The notes: generated from the letters alone by a model not told the origin. Shown: positions 43,304 through 53,997, counted from the first letter of the stretch. The stretch: DNA of 64,000 nt from Acutalibacteraceae bacterium (GCA_045534445.1 JAZSJQ010000057.1:24548-88547), one strand, 5' to 3'. Program-made: numbers and translations.

Positions 43304-44158
43304 ATGGCAAACAGTCTTGCCGAATATACGAAATGCAAGGAGTATCTCATCTGCGTGGACAGCGACGGCTGTGCCATGGACACCATGGATATTAAGCATT
43401 TTCGTTGTTTTGGTCCATGTATGGTCGATGTGTGGGAGCTTAATCAATGGCGCGAAGAAATACTGACGCGCTGGAATGAGATAAATCTTTACACCATGAC
43501 CCGTGGGATAAATCGCTTTAAGGGGCTTGCGATAGCCTTATCTGAGATAAATAAAAAGTACACGGCAATCGAGGATATCTCCTCGTTGGCAAAATGGGCT
43601 GATACCAGTCCTGAGCTGTCAAACGCAGCATTGGAAAGAGCCATTGAAGCAGACCCTGACAGCATTTCATTGAGAAATGCCCTCAGATGGAGTCAGGCTG
43701 TAAATGAATCTATCACCATGCTGCCCGAAGAATGCAAGCTGCCATTCCCGAAGGCACGCGAGGCTTTGGAATTTGCTCATGGAAAAGCCGATATCGCCAT
43801 TGTTTCAAGCGCAAATCTCGATGCTGTGCTTGAGGAATGGGAAAAATTCGGACTTCTCCCCCATACCGATATCGTTCTTGCTCAGAATGCAGGCAGCAAA
43901 GCTTACTGCATCAGTGAGCTTTTGAAAAAAGGGTATGCTCCCGAAAATGTCATCATGTGCGGCGATGCTCCGGGTGATCTCGATGCGGCAAGGAAAAACG
44001 GGGTATTTTACTACCCCATACTGGTCGGACACGAAAAGGAAAGCTGGGAGGAGTTTATATCCGAAGCTTTCAACAGACTTATAAATAATACTTACGGAGG
44101 TACATATGAAAAAGACAAAGAAACCGCTTTCCTCAAAAACCTTGGAGAAGATGCTTAA
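43304..44158 (+). CDS. HAD family hydrolase
   Basis: Motif I ICVDSDGCAMDT (DxD), and ...VSSANL...MCGDAPGDLDAA (motifs II-IV). Confidence 0.8.
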   Translation: MANSLAEYTKCKEYLICVDSDGCAMDTMDIKHFRCFGPCMVDVWELNQWREEILTRWNEINLYTMTRGINRFKGLAIALSEINKKYTAIEDISSLAKWADTSPELSNAALERAIEADPDSISLRNALRWSQAVNESITMLPEECKLPFPKAREALEFAHGKADIAIVSSANLDAVLEEWEKFGLLPHTDIVLAQNAGSKAYCISELLKKGYAPENVIMCGDAPGDLDAARKNGVFYYPILVGHEKESWEEFISEAFNRLINNTYGGTYEKDKETAFLKNLGEDA

Positions 44159-45950
44159 AAAGGGTATTCTTAACGGTGTCGATCTCAAGGCTGTTCCCTA
44201 CAAGCTCAGCGATGAGGACATTCAGTGGGTCAAGACAACTATCGAAAGCATGACCGCAGAAGAAAAGGTCGGTCAGCTCTTCTTTCAGCTCACAATGGGC
44301 ATGGACGAAGCTTATCTGCAGGAGCTTATGGAAAAGTATCACCTCGGCGGCTGCCGTTACAACAATATGCCCGGCGCCGCTGTTCAGATGCAGAACCGTA
44401 TTCTTCAGAAGTATGCAAAGATTCCTGTCTTTATCGCCTGCAACACTGAGTGCGGCGGCAACGGCGGCTGCTCCGATGGCACATATATAGGTTCGGGCAT
44501 AAAAATAGGTGCAACAGGCAAGACCGAGTACGCCCATAATCTCGGTCGTATGGCAAATGAAGAGGCTGCGGCTATTGGCTGCAACATGGCATTTGCTCCT
44601 GTCTGCGATATCCACTACAACTGGGAAAACACCGAGGTCGTTTCCCGTGCTTTCGGCAATGATCCCAAGAGAGTTGCTGAGATGAGCCGCGCTTATCTCG
44701 AAGGCGCTCACACTATCGACGGCTTTGCCTGTGCTGCAAAGCACTTCCCCGGCAACGGTCAGGATTTCCGCGATGCTCACATCGCAAACAATATCAACTC
44801 ATTTAACGAAAAAGAATGGATGGCAACCTACGGCATGGTTTACAAGACCCTCATCGATTCCGGGCTTGACGCTATAATGGGCGGTCATATAATGATGCCC
44901 GAATATATGCGCGGAGTAAAGCCCGATATCAAGGACGATGAAATGCTCCCCGCTACCCTCTGCCCTGAGATCATGACAGGTCTGCTTCGCGACAAGCTTG
45001 GTTTCAACGGCATGGTCGTTACCGACGCAAGTCATATGGTAGCTATGACCGACCGTATGACAAGACGCGAAATGCTCCCTGCTTCCATCAACGCAGGCTG
45101 CGATATGTTCCTTTTCTTCAATGATCCCGAAGAGGATTACAGCACTATGCTTGAAGCTTACAAAGACGGTACCATCTCCGAGGAGCGTATGTGCGAGGCT
45201 CTCACTCGTATTCTCGGTCTTAAGGCTCATATGGGACTTAACAAAAAGGCTAAGGAAGCGCTTGTCCCTGCACCCGAGGTCGTCTCAGAAACTCTCGGCA
45301 AAGCTGAATATATTGCTGCCGCAGAAGCCATAAGCAAGGACTGCATTACCCTTGTAAAATACAAGGATAATGACGTACTGCCCCTCACCCCCGAGAAGTA
45401 TAAGAGAATTATGATCGTCTACGTCAAGGGTGCCGCAGGTCCCATGGATGCTCTAATTCAGATGGCTATGGGCGGCGGCGCAGGAAAGAAGAATCCAGCC
45501 GAAGAGCTTCGCGACAGACTTATTGAAAAGGGCTTTGATGCTTTCATTTATGAGAGCCCTCTTGATATGATCAAGAAGCAGATCGCTGCAGGCGAAAAAC
45601 CCAGCCTTAATCTCTATTTTGCAGGCAAGAATGCAATCAAGGACTTCGTTTCCGAGCAGGATCTTGTTATTACACTATGTGATGTTATGAACGGCAGACC
45701 TTCCTTTGGTCTTTCCAAGGGCGGCGGAGAGATTCCCTGGTACGTTTTTGAGCTTCCCGTTGTTGCTATCAGCGTAAACGCTCCCACAATGCTGGCTGAC
45801 ATTCCTCAGGTTCGCACTTACATCAACACTTATGACTCTAAGCCCGATACCCTTGACGCACTTGTTGATAACCTTATAACCGGTGAAGATGCATTCAAGG
45901 GCACTGACCCCATCGACAGCTTCTGCGGTCTCTGGGATGCTAAAATTTAA
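44106..45950 (+). CDS. Glycoside hydrolase family 3 protein
   Basis: KHFPGNG and GMVVTDA (the catalytic Asp region). The ATG at 44106 follows GGAGGT but overlaps the HAD gene by 53 nt. The alternative start at 44151 would overlap by 8 nt. Confidence 0.85.
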   Translation: MKKTKKPLSSKTLEKMLKKGILNGVDLKAVPYKLSDEDIQWVKTTIESMTAEEKVGQLFFQLTMGMDEAYLQELMEKYHLGGCRYNNMPGAAVQMQNRILQKYAKIPVFIACNTECGGNGGCSDGTYIGSGIKIGATGKTEYAHNLGRMANEEAAAIGCNMAFAPVCDIHYNWENTEVVSRAFGNDPKRVAEMSRAYLEGAHTIDGFACAAKHFPGNGQDFRDAHIANNINSFNEKEWMATYGMVYKTLIDSGLDAIMGGHIMMPEYMRGVKPDIKDDEMLPATLCPEIMTGLLRDKLGFNGMVVTDASHMVAMTDRMTRREMLPASINAGCDMFLFFNDPEEDYSTMLEAYKDGTISEERMCEALTRILGLKAHMGLNKKAKEALVPAPEVVSETLGKAEYIAAAEAISKDCITLVKYKDNDVLPLTPEKYKRIMIVYVKGAAGPMDALIQMAMGGGAGKKNPAEELRDRLIEKGFDAFIYESPLDMIKKQIAAGEKPSLNLYFAGKNAIKDFVSEQDLVITLCDVMNGRPSFGLSKGGGEIPWYVFELPVVAISVNAPTMLADIPQVRTYINTYDSKPDTLDALVDNLITGEDAFKGTDPIDSFCGLWDAKI

Positions 45951-45965
45951 ATTTGGATATGTTTT

Positions 45966-45998
45966 AAGGAGGTATGCGCAAAGCGCATACCTCCTTTT
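45966..45998. terminator. Bidirectional intrinsic terminator
   Basis: AAGGAGGTATGCGC-AAA-GCGCATACCTCCTT followed by TT, between convergent genes. Confidence 0.85.
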
Positions 45999-46031
45999 GC
46001 GACACAATATTATATTCATTTAATAGCAGTT

Positions 46032-46991
46032 TTACTTCTTATCGCAAATTATCTCTACTGAATCTGCAAGTATATTTTCATATCTATCACAAACAGTAAC
46101 AGTAAGGATTATCTGCTTTGCGTCAAAGTCGAAGCTGTCGGGGCAGATATTTACTGCTTCGCCCTTTTTGCTTAATATTTCGGAGAATACAAATTCACAA
46201 CCGTCCCCCTCTGCCGAGACACGGTAAGAACCGTAATTGTCCATTGTATAATAAATGCGCTGGCTCAGAGGAGTACAGACGATTTTTTCGAGTTTTATAG
46301 TATCGCCGTTATTAAGAGTGATCTCCTGCCCGATATTATATATTTCTGTTTCGCTGTCAAGCAGGCTGACATTGAGAGAAAAATCATAACTCCAATCGCC
46401 ATCTATTTTTACCATGCTTTCATCGACCGTCATCAAATTGACTGAATTAAAGCATACAACAAAATCGTGGATATCACTGAGCTTTTCTTCCGTGAGGTCA
46501 TATTCGATGGTGTACAAAAGTATTCCGTCGTAATTTTCACAGTATCCTATCCACGTACACGGCATTGCCTTGCCGTCAATCATCAGGATCCCCAAGCCTT
46601 CAGGCGATATCACATTAGCGTTCGGATATTTTTCACTTTGGAAACTGAAGGTCACATACAGCTTTCCGTTTTCGTAAAGAGCTTCGCTCAAAGTGATTTT
46701 AAGTCCGCCGTACTCTATGCTTCGATCCACTTTTTCTGCGTAGCTGTCTGTTGCTGAGCTGAACTCAACACTTTCACTGAGTCTTACTTCTCTGAATTTT
46801 CCCACAGCATACACTGTTCCTGTGAAGAGCACCACCAAGACTATAACTGCCGCCAAAACCGTTACCATTCGCTTTGCCGAAAATGATTTTCTGCTTTCAT
46901 TGAGAATTGTATTAATAGTATGGCTTTTAAAGTCTGCCGAGGCTCTTATATGTTTCTCTGCTTTGATGTATGTATCTTTAAAGTTCTTCAT
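46032..46991 (-). CDS. DUF4179-type anti-sigma factor-like membrane protein
   Basis: A short cytoplasmic N-terminus, one TM helix (MVTVLAAVIVLVVLFTGTVYAV) and an extracytoplasmic beta-rich domain. Its start overlaps the ECF sigma stop (ATGA). Confidence 0.7.
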   Translation of the reverse strand: MKNFKDTYIKAEKHIRASADFKSHTINTILNESRKSFSAKRMVTVLAAVIVLVVLFTGTVYAVGKFREVRLSESVEFSSATDSYAEKVDRSIEYGGLKITLSEALYENGKLYVTFSFQSEKYPNANVISPEGLGILMIDGKAMPCTWIGYCENYDGILLYTIEYDLTEEKLSDIHDFVVCFNSVNLMTVDESMVKIDGDWSYDFSLNVSLLDSETEIYNIGQEITLNNGDTIKLEKIVCTPLSQRIYYTMDNYGSYRVSAEGDGCEFVFSEILSKKGEAVNICPDSFDFDAKQIILTVTVCDRYENILADSVEIICDKK

Positions 46992-47479
46992 TATATTCCC
47001 TCCATATTAAGCATTTTTCTTAGTTTCTGTTTCGCTCTTTCAAATCTTGTACCAACGGTTGATAATGGAATACATAATATCTCTGATATTTCCTTTGTGT
47101 TGTATCCCTCAAAATAATATAGATATACTATGATGCGGTATTTCTTTTCAAGAGCATATACTGCTTCGTGAACGGCACGCTGATCGTTATCATCAAATGC
47201 AATTTCTTCATTCATGTATTCCTCATATGGTGACATTCTTTTCAATTTTCGCAGCTGATTTTTTGCCTGATTTACTGTAACTCTGATAAGCCATGCTTTC
47301 TCGTGCTTTTTATCATTGAATTTTGGTTTGCATTTATAAAGCTTTGTAAAAACCTCCTGTACAATATCTTCTGATTCTGCAAGACTTCCAAGAATGTTAT
47401 AAGCAATGTGAATCAAACTATCGGCATACTCATCAATGCAGCATTCAATATATTCTATCTTGCTCTCTGATTTATTCAT
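46991..47479 (-). CDS. ECF (sigma-70 family) RNA polymerase sigma factor
   Basis: Region 2 ...ESEDIVQEVFTKLY... and region 4 ...YYFEGYNTKEISEILCIPLSTVGTRFERAKQKL. The ATG of MNKSESK... is preceded by GGAGGTG. Confidence 0.9.
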   Translation of the reverse strand: MNKSESKIEYIECCIDEYADSLIHIAYNILGSLAESEDIVQEVFTKLYKCKPKFNDKKHEKAWLIRVTVNQAKNQLRKLKRMSPYEEYMNEEIAFDDNDQRAVHEAVYALEKKYRIIVYLYYFEGYNTKEISEILCIPLSTVGTRFERAKQKLRKMLNMEGI

Positions 47480-47555
47480 CGCATCACCTCCTTCATTAAT
47501 AAAACACGTCAGCATTGTCGCCTATGCTCATATAACGGGAATAATTTTTATACGC

Positions 47556-47586
47556 AAAAACCCTGCACCGTATGGTGCAGGGTTTT
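47556..47586. terminator. Bidirectional terminator ending the ribosomal cluster
   Basis: A5-CCCTGCACC-GTAT-GGTGCAGGG-T4, 14 nt after the rplQ stop. Confidence 0.9.
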
Positions 47587-47599
47587 AAATCATATTAGC

Positions 47600-47941
47600 T
47601 TAGATCAGCTCGATGATGCACATCTCAGCTGCGTCGCCACGACGGGGACCAGTCTTGATGATGCGGGTGTAACCGCCGTTGCGGCCTTCGTACTTGGGAG
47701 CAATCTCATCAAACAGCTTCTTTACGACATCTTCCTTGGTGATGAAAGCCATCGCATTTCTCTTGTTAGCGAGGTTGTTCTCCTTGGCAACGGTGATAAG
47801 GCGCTCTGCGAGCGATCTTACTTCCTTAGCTCTGGTTACGGTTGTCTCAATCTTTCCGTTCTCAAGAAGGAAAGTAACCATACCTCTGAGCATGGAGATT
47901 CTGTGAGCAGAAGCTCTGCCGAGCTTTCTTGTTCCGGGCAT
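47600..47941 (-). CDS. rplQ: 50S ribosomal protein L17
   Basis: [21 protein letters not shown].... The ATG follows AAGGAG, and the ORF-track GTG start overlaps that RBS. Confidence 0.96.
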   Translation of the reverse strand: MPGTRKLGRASAHRISMLRGMVTFLLENGKIETTVTRAKEVRSLAERLITVAKENNLANKRNAMAFITKEDVVKKLFDEIAPKYEGRNGGYTRIIKTGPRRGDAAEMCIIELI

Positions 47942-48023
47942 CGTATTCACTCCTTTTTTGGGTGTTTATCATGTTAATGGTCATACCCTCGACATATTTA
48001 CGCCGAGAAAAGACCCGTCAGAT

Positions 48024-48977
48024 TCATTCGTCCTCTTTTCTCAGGGAATATCCGAGGGAATTAAGCTTTCCAAGGACTTCCTCAAGAGACTTGCGACCAA
48101 GGTTACGAACCTTCATCATGTCTTCTTCGGTCTTGCTGATGAGGTCCTCAACAGTGTTGATACCTGCACGCTTGAGGCAGTTAAATGAACGAACACTGAG
48201 GTCAAGCTCTTCGATTGTCATCTGAAGAACCTTCTCACTTCCGGTGGAAGCGGATTCGACCATGATCTCAGTACCGATCACGCTTTCGGACAGATCCACG
48301 AAGAGGTTAAGGTGCTCTGTGAGAACCTTTGCTCCAAGGGATACAGCTTCCTGAGCATTGATGGTGCCGTTGGTCCAGACCTCTAAGGTAAGCTTGTCGA
48401 GATCAGTAACGTTTCCTACACGAGTATTTTCTACTCTGTAGTTTACCTTTGTTACCGGTGCGTAGATGGAGTCTACTGCGAGAGTATCAACAACGTTCGC
48501 AGGGAACAGTGCTTTGTTTCTCTCTGCGGATACATATCCGCGGCCGGTGTCAACAGTGATCTCCATGACAAACTTAGCGCCCTGAGCCAGGGTGCATATA
48601 TGCATATCGGGGTTGAGTATCTCTACCTCGCTGTCGCATACGATGTCCTTTGCAGTGATTATCTTCTCACCCTCAGCGTCAATCATAAGCTTCTTGGGAC
48701 CTGTGCCGTAAAGCTTAGCTGTAAGACCCTTAATGTTGAGGATAATTTCTGCAACGTCCTCTTTTACACCGGGAATGGTGGAAAACTCGTGACGAACACC
48801 GTCGATCTTCACGCTGGTTACTGCTACGCCCTCAAGGGAAGAAAGCAGAACACGGCGAAGCGAGTTGCCGAGAGTCGTACCATAGCCCTTTTCAAGCGGT
48901 TCAACAACGAAACGTCCGTAAGTACCGTCCGCTGCAAGCTCAGCTATTTCGATAATGGGCTTCTCAATCTCAATCAT
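48024..48977 (-). CDS. rpoA: DNA-directed RNA polymerase subunit alpha
   Basis: [14 protein letters not shown]...[17 protein letters not shown]..., with a C-terminal domain ...[16 protein letters not shown]... Confidence 0.98.
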   Translation of the reverse strand: MIEIEKPIIEIAELAADGTYGRFVVEPLEKGYGTTLGNSLRRVLLSSLEGVAVTSVKIDGVRHEFSTIPGVKEDVAEIILNIKGLTAKLYGTGPKKLMIDAEGEKIITAKDIVCDSEVEILNPDMHICTLAQGAKFVMEITVDTGRGYVSAERNKALFPANVVDTLAVDSIYAPVTKVNYRVENTRVGNVTDLDKLTLEVWTNGTINAQEAVSLGAKVLTEHLNLFVDLSESVIGTEIMVESASTGSEKVLQMTIEELDLSVRSFNCLKRAGINTVEDLISKTEEDMMKVRNLGRKSLEEVLGKLNSLGYSLRKEDE

Positions 48978-49115
48978 TAAAACCCCTCCTTGTCGTAATT
49001 ATAGCACAATGTCATGTGGAAAAATGACATCTCTTGTGTAACCTCCGATAATTCTTTATTACTGTTCTTATGCAGCAAATGCTGCATAAGAACATAAAAT
49101 GACGAAAACGGACGA

Positions 49116-49742
49116 TTACTTGGAATAGAGCTCGACGATGAGGGTCTCTTCAACTTCGAGATCGATATCCTCTCTGTTGGGAACATCAGTGATCTTAGCC
49201 TTGAGATTCTCCTTGTCGAGGTCAAGCCATCTGACAATGGGCTTTGCAGCGGTTGCTTCGAGAACAGCCTTGATCTTGGAGCTATCCTTGCTTGCGGGAG
49301 CAATGGAGATAGTCTCACCGACCTTTGTCAGGTAGGAGGGAATGTCAACGCGCTTACCGTTGATCTGGAAATGACCGTGAACAACAAGCTGACGTGCCTC
49401 AGCTCTGGAGGATGCCCAACCAAGTCTGTAGACTATGTTGTCGAGGCGGCTCTCAAGAATTCTGAGAAGGTTTTCACCGGTGATACCCTGCTTGCGGGTA
49501 GCCAGCTCATAGTAGTGACGGAACTGGTTCTCCAGAACGCCGTAGTAGCGCTTTGTGAGCTGCTTAGCTCTGAGCTGGAGACCATATTCGGAAGTCTTCT
49601 TGCGGCCCTGGCCGTGCTGACCGGGGACATAGTTTCTGCGCTCGATTGCGCACTTTTCAGTGTAGCAGCGATCGCCCTTGAGGAAGAGCTTCTTGCCCTC
49701 TCTGCGGCAGAGTCTGCATACGGGGCCTGTATATCTTGCCAT
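49116..49742 (-). CDS. rpsD: 30S ribosomal protein S4
   Basis: [31 protein letters not shown]... Confidence 0.98.
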   Translation of the reverse strand: MARYTGPVCRLCRREGKKLFLKGDRCYTEKCAIERRNYVPGQHGQGRKKTSEYGLQLRAKQLTKRYYGVLENQFRHYYELATRKQGITGENLLRILESRLDNIVYRLGWASSRAEARQLVVHGHFQINGKRVDIPSYLTKVGETISIAPASKDSSKIKAVLEATAAKPIVRWLDLDKENLKAKITDVPNREDIDLEVEETLIVELYSK

Positions 49743-49770
49743 TTAAGGTTGCACCTCCGTAAAATTTTAA

Positions 49771-50172
49771 CTAGACGCGGCGTCTCTTGGGGGGACGGCA
49801 TCCATTGTGGGGTATCGGGGTAACGTCCTTGATCATGGTGACGTTAAGACCGACAGTCTGAAGTGCACGAATAGCAGCTTCACGTCCGGAACCGGGACCC
49901 TTGACGTATACTTTTACATTCTTAAGGCCGTGCTCCATAGCAGCCTTTGCAGCGGTCTCCGCAGCCGACTGTGCAGCGAACGGGGTGGACTTTCTGGAGC
50001 CTCTGAAGCCAAGTCCGCCTGCGCTTGCCCAAGAAAGAGCATTACCCTGCTCGTCGGTGAGGGTTACGATTGTGTTGTTAAAGGTAGACTGGATGTGTGC
50101 TGCACCGTTCTCGATGTTCTTACGCTCACGGCGGCGGCGTACAGCAGTCTTCTTAGTAGCTTGCTTTGCCAT
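49771..50172 (-). CDS. rpsK: 30S ribosomal protein S11
   Basis: ...[30 protein letters not shown]... Confidence 0.98.
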   Translation of the reverse strand: MAKQATKKTAVRRRRERKNIENGAAHIQSTFNNTIVTLTDEQGNALSWASAGGLGFRGSRKSTPFAAQSAAETAAKAAMEHGLKNVKVYVKGPGSGREAAIRALQTVGLNVTMIKDVTPIPHNGCRPPKRRRV

Positions 50173-50191
50173 CTTGTGCTATCCCTCCTGC

Positions 50192-50560
50192 TTACTTCTT
50201 CTTGTTTGCAACGGTTCTCTTCGGACCCTTGCGAGTACGTGCGTTTGTCTTGGAACGCTGACCGCGAACGGGAAGTCCCTTGCGGTGGCGAAGTCCACGA
50301 TAGCATCCGATGTCGATAAGTCTCTTGATATCGAAGCTTACGTTACGGCGAAGGTCACCCTCCACCAGGCAGTTGTGGTCAATATATTCACGAAGCTTAG
50401 AGATATCGTCCTCGGTGAGGTCACGAACTCTGGTATCGGGGTTGATACCGGTTGCGTTGATGATATCTGTAGCTGTCTTGCGGCCGATACCGTAGATGTA
50501 GGTAAGGCCGATCTCTACCCTTTTATCTCTGGGCAGGTCAACGCCGGAAATACGGGCCAT
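50192..50560 (-). CDS. rpsM: 30S ribosomal protein S13
   Basis: [26 protein letters not shown]... Confidence 0.98.
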   Translation of the reverse strand: MARISGVDLPRDKRVEIGLTYIYGIGRKTATDIINATGINPDTRVRDLTEDDISKLREYIDHNCLVEGDLRRNVSFDIKRLIDIGCYRGLRHRKGLPVRGQRSKTNARTRKGPKRTVANKKK

Positions 50561-50589
50561 TAGTTTGACACCTCCAAATTAATTGCGCC

Positions 50590-50703
50590 TTAACCCTGGC
50601 GCTGCTTATGCTTGGGATTCTCGCAAATGACCATTACGCGGCCCTTGCGCTTGATAATCTTGCACTTTTCGCAGATTTTCTTTACAGAAGGTCTGACTTT
50701 CAT
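50590..50703 (-). CDS. rpmJ: 50S ribosomal protein L36
   Basis: It falls below the ORF-track size cut-off. Hand translation of the minus strand gives [37 protein letters not shown], in the expected position between infA and rpsM. Coordinates are +/-1. Confidence 0.8.
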   Translation of the reverse strand: MKVRPSVKKICEKCKIIKRKGRVMVICENPKHKQRQG

Positions 50704-50753
50704 TGTAAACCTACCTTTCCGATATAAGCATTGCGCTCAATATCCGATGAAGT

Positions 50754-50972
50754 TTATTTGGTTCTCCATGTGATTCTTCCCTTGGTAAGATCATAGGGAG
50801 ACATTTCGACTGTCACTTTGTCACCCGGAAGGATGCGGATGTAGTTCATACGCAGCTTGCCGGAAATGTGAGCTGTGATTTCCTTGCCATTGGGGAGCTG
50901 TACCGTAAACATTGCGTTGGGCAATGCGTCTACTACTACGCCCTCAATTTCGATAACGTCCTCTTTTGACAT
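50754..50972 (-). CDS. infA: Translation initiation factor IF-1
   Basis: [53 protein letters not shown]... Confidence 0.98.
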   Translation of the reverse strand: MSKEDVIEIEGVVVDALPNAMFTVQLPNGKEITAHISGKLRMNYIRILPGDKVTVEMSPYDLTKGRITWRTK

Positions 50973-50991
50973 TTCGCGAATCCTCCTTTAG

Positions 50992-51252
50992 TTAGCATTT
51001 TCGCTTTCCGTGCTCTGTATAATTATCATCATGCAGTTCACGTCTGAGCAGTTTGTTTGTCTTTATGCTTTCTTCAGGAACACACCTGTCAAGCAGCTCA
51101 AGATGCTTGAAACTCTTGAGTTTAGGCCGCTGCAAAGGTCTCTCCTTACCGTCTGCTATCAGTGCGAAATTTTCTTTCACACCGATGACCGCAAAGCATT
51201 TTCCTTTGTCGCGCCCGGATAATGCCCTGACCCTGCATCCTCTTTCAAACAT
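50992..51252 (-). CDS. KOW domain-containing RNA-binding protein
   Basis: An 86-aa protein with GRDKGKCFAVIGV.... It sits between map and infA, as in many Clostridia. Confidence 0.7.
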   Translation of the reverse strand: MFERGCRVRALSGRDKGKCFAVIGVKENFALIADGKERPLQRPKLKSFKHLELLDRCVPEESIKTNKLLRRELHDDNYTEHGKRKC

Positions 51253-51273
51253 ATCCTGTTCCCCCTCGAAACC

Positions 51274-52029
51274 TTAAATATCAGGAATCGTGAGTATTGC
51301 AGGTCCGTCACTTGTTATGGCAACGGTATGCTCGAAATGAGCAGCAAGCTTTCCGTCGAGCGTTACGACGGTCCACTCGTCATCGAGTATATTAACCCGA
51401 TGGGTTCCCTGGTTTATCATCGGCTCTATTGCCAATGTCATTCCGGGTTCAAGCCTTACGCCTCTGTGTGGCGTACCGAAATTCGGTACCTGAGGATCTT
51501 CGTGCATACTTGCGCCTACTCCGTGGCCGGTAAAGTCTCGTACCACCGAGTAACCGCGAGCTTCGGCATGCCTCTGAACAGCCGAGCCTATATCGCCCGT
51601 TCTGTTGCCTGCAACCGCCTGCGCAATTCCAAGGTCGAGACACTCTTTAGTAGTGTCAAGTAAGCGCTGAGCTTCGGGAGAAATGTCACCGCACGCAAAG
51701 GTGCAGGTAGTATCTCCGCAGTAGCCGTCCAGCTGAGCTACAACGTCAATGCTGACGATATCACCCTGCTTTAAGACTATCTTGTTGCTGGGGATGCCAT
51801 GGATAACCACATTGTTAACCGATATACAGGATGCTGCCGGATACCCGTGGTAACCGAGGCAGGGAGCTTTTGCTCCCGATGCCTCGATATACTTTCGGAC
51901 AATAGTTTCCAGCTCCATGGTTGTTACACCGGGCTCGACGGCACGTCCTGCAAGATGCAGAGCGTTTGCCGCGATTCTGCCAGCTTCCTTCATAAGAAGT
52001 ATCTGGCGGCTGGTCTTCTTGATTATCAT
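51274..52029 (-). CDS. map: Type I methionine aminopeptidase
   Basis: ...VIHGIPS...DIVSIDV...GHGVG...LAIEPM...EHTV... Confidence 0.96.
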   Translation of the reverse strand: MIIKKTSRQILLMKEAGRIAANALHLAGRAVEPGVTTMELETIVRKYIEASGAKAPCLGYHGYPAASCISVNNVVIHGIPSNKIVLKQGDIVSIDVVAQLDGYCGDTTCTFACGDISPEAQRLLDTTKECLDLGIAQAVAGNRTGDIGSAVQRHAEARGYSVVRDFTGHGVGASMHEDPQVPNFGTPHRGVRLEPGMTLAIEPMINQGTHRVNILDDEWTVVTLDGKLAAHFEHTVAITSDGPAILTIPDI

Positions 52030-52033
52030 AGGC

Positions 52034-52666
52034 TTAGTCCTCTAATGCAGCCATAACAAGAGCGGTAGTTTCTTCTACTGTCTCCTGTCCTTCGACTATC
52101 TTAAGCTTACCTGTCTTTTCATAGTAAGCCTTGAGGGGCTCGGTCTGCTCGTGGTAGACCTTGAGTCTTTCAGCCACTGTATCGGGGTGGTCATCCTTGC
52201 GCTGAATGAGGGCTCCGCCGCACTTGTCACAGCGACCTTCCTCACGGGGCTTTTTAAACTCCATGTGGTAAGAGCTGCCGCAAGCACCGCAGACGCGGCG
52301 ACCTGAAAGTCTGGCTGCGATTGCCTCGTCTGCGACCTCTATGTCAAGTACGCAATCGATGCTCACACCCATGTTATCGAGGGCCTCGGCCTGAGCGATG
52401 GTTCTGGGGAAGCCATCGAGAATAAATCCGTTTGCGCAGTCATCCTTTGCGATGCGCTCCTTGATTATTGCGATGACGACCTCATCGGGAACAAGAAGTC
52501 CGTTTTCGATGAACTCCTTTGCCTTGAGTCCAACTTCAGTGCCGCTCTTCAGAGCTTCTCTGATGATGTTGCCTGTGGAAATCTGGGGGATATTCAGACG
52601 ATCAGAGATAACCTCCGCCTGAGTACCCTTGCCCGCGCCGGGAGCGCCGAGAAGTATGATCTTCAT
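52034..52666 (-). CDS. adk: Adenylate kinase (Zn-lid type)
   Basis: MKIILLGAPGAGKGTQ..., with lid CGACGSSYH...CDKCGG. The ORF-track N-terminal extension overlaps secY and is discarded. Confidence 0.96.
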   Translation of the reverse strand: MKIILLGAPGAGKGTQAEVISDRLNIPQISTGNIIREALKSGTEVGLKAKEFIENGLLVPDEVVIAIIKERIAKDDCANGFILDGFPRTIAQAEALDNMGVSIDCVLDIEVADEAIAARLSGRRVCGACGSSYHMEFKKPREEGRCDKCGGALIQRKDDHPDTVAERLKVYHEQTEPLKAYYEKTGKLKIVEGQETVEETTALVMAALED

Positions 52667-52688
52667 AAGTAATCTCCCTTCACGTTCT

Positions 52689-53996
52689 TTATTCGAGGAA
52701 GCCCTTGTAGTGACGCATAAGCATCTGAGACTCGATCTGCTGAACAGTCTCAAGGGCTACGCCGACGAGAATGATTACAGAAGTACCGCTCATACCGAGG
52801 TTAAGTCCGGTAACTGCACCAATAAGGATAGGTACGATTGCGATAACGCTGAGGAACAGCGCACCGATGAGGGTGATTCTGCTGATGATCTTTGCAATGA
52901 AATCGCTGGTAGGCTTGCCGGGACGAATGCCGGGAACTGTACCGGAGTTCTTGCGAAGATTGTTTGCCATCTCTACAGGGTTGTACTGAATTGTTACATA
53001 GAAATATGCAAAAGCAATGATAAGTACAAAGTAGACGAGAGCGTAGATGAACTGATGCTTCTGGAAGAAGAACAGGAAGTTATACCAGAAGCCCTTTCCT
53101 GTGCCGTTGGTACCGTAGATGAACATACCGATAGTAGCAGGAATGGAGATGATGGAGGAAGCGAAGATGATAGGAAGAACACCGGACATATTGACCTTGA
53201 TGGGAATATGTGTGCTCTGACCGCCGTACATCTTACGACCAACAACTCTCTTTGCATACTGAACGGGAATTCTGCGCTCTGCGCTGTTCATGAACACGAT
53301 AAAGCCGATGGAAAGGATAAATACGATTACAAGTACGACAGCACCGATAATGTACTTTACCTCGCCGCTTCCGATCCATGCAACAACCTGCAGTACTGCC
53401 TGAGGCGCACGGGAAATGATACCTGCGAAGAGCAGCATGGAGATACCGTTGCCGATACCCTTAACATTGATCTGCTCGCCGAGCCACATCATAAGTGCGG
53501 AACCTGCGGTGAAGGTAAGAACGATTACGAATGCCTCATAAACCATTGCCCCCTTGCCGTAGTTAACTACGACACCGCTGTTCTTGAGGTACATGAAGAA
53601 GGCAAAGCCCTGAAGAAGACCAAGAATAACGGTTGCATAGCGGGTGATCTGAGCAATCTTCTTTCTGCCTTCTTCGCCTTCCTTGGAGAGTCTCTCAAGG
53701 GCGGGAATTGCAACAGTAAGAAGCTGCATTATGATCGATGCATTGATGTAGGGGGTAACACTCATTGCGAACATGGTAGCATTCTCAAATGCACCGCCGG
53801 AAAGAGTGTTAAGGTAGGAAACCAGGTTACCGGGATCGCCCATGGCGCCGCTCATGGACGCAGCAAGTGCTGCGGTATCCACGAACGGTACGGGGATTGC
53901 GGCACCAATTCTGAAAATAAGGATAATAAAGAACGTGAACAGTATCTTCTTGCGCAGATCGGGGATTGCCCATGCGTTACGAATAGTCTTAAACAC
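52689..53996 (-). CDS. secY: Preprotein translocase subunit SecY
   Basis: A 435-aa, 10-TM protein, MFKTIRNAWAIPDLRKKILFT... Confidence 0.98.
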   Translation of the reverse strand: MFKTIRNAWAIPDLRKKILFTFFIILIFRIGAAIPVPFVDTAALAASMSGAMGDPGNLVSYLNTLSGGAFENATMFAMSVTPYINASIIMQLLTVAIPALERLSKEGEEGRKKIAQITRYATVILGLLQGFAFFMYLKNSGVVVNYGKGAMVYEAFVIVLTFTAGSALMMWLGEQINVKGIGNGISMLLFAGIISRAPQAVLQVVAWIGSGEVKYIIGAVVLVIVFILSIGFIVFMNSAERRIPVQYAKRVVGRKMYGGQSTHIPIKVNMSGVLPIIFASSIISIPATIGMFIYGTNGTGKGFWYNFLFFFQKHQFIYALVYFVLIIAFAYFYVTIQYNPVEMANNLRKNSGTVPGIRPGKPTSDFIAKIISRITLIGALFLSVIAIVPILIGAVTGLNLGMSGTSVIILVGVALETVQQIESQMLMRHYKGFLE

Positions 53997-53997
53997 G

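Noticed and set aside
50590-50703. A possible +1 frameshift in rpmJ at the GGCC(C)GCG run that spans the line break at 50640/50641.
   Set aside because: On recount, the distance from the ATG (50701-50703, complement) to the TAA (50590-50592, complement) is exactly 114 nt, and the translation is a full-length canonical L36. The apparent extra base came from my own transcription slip.
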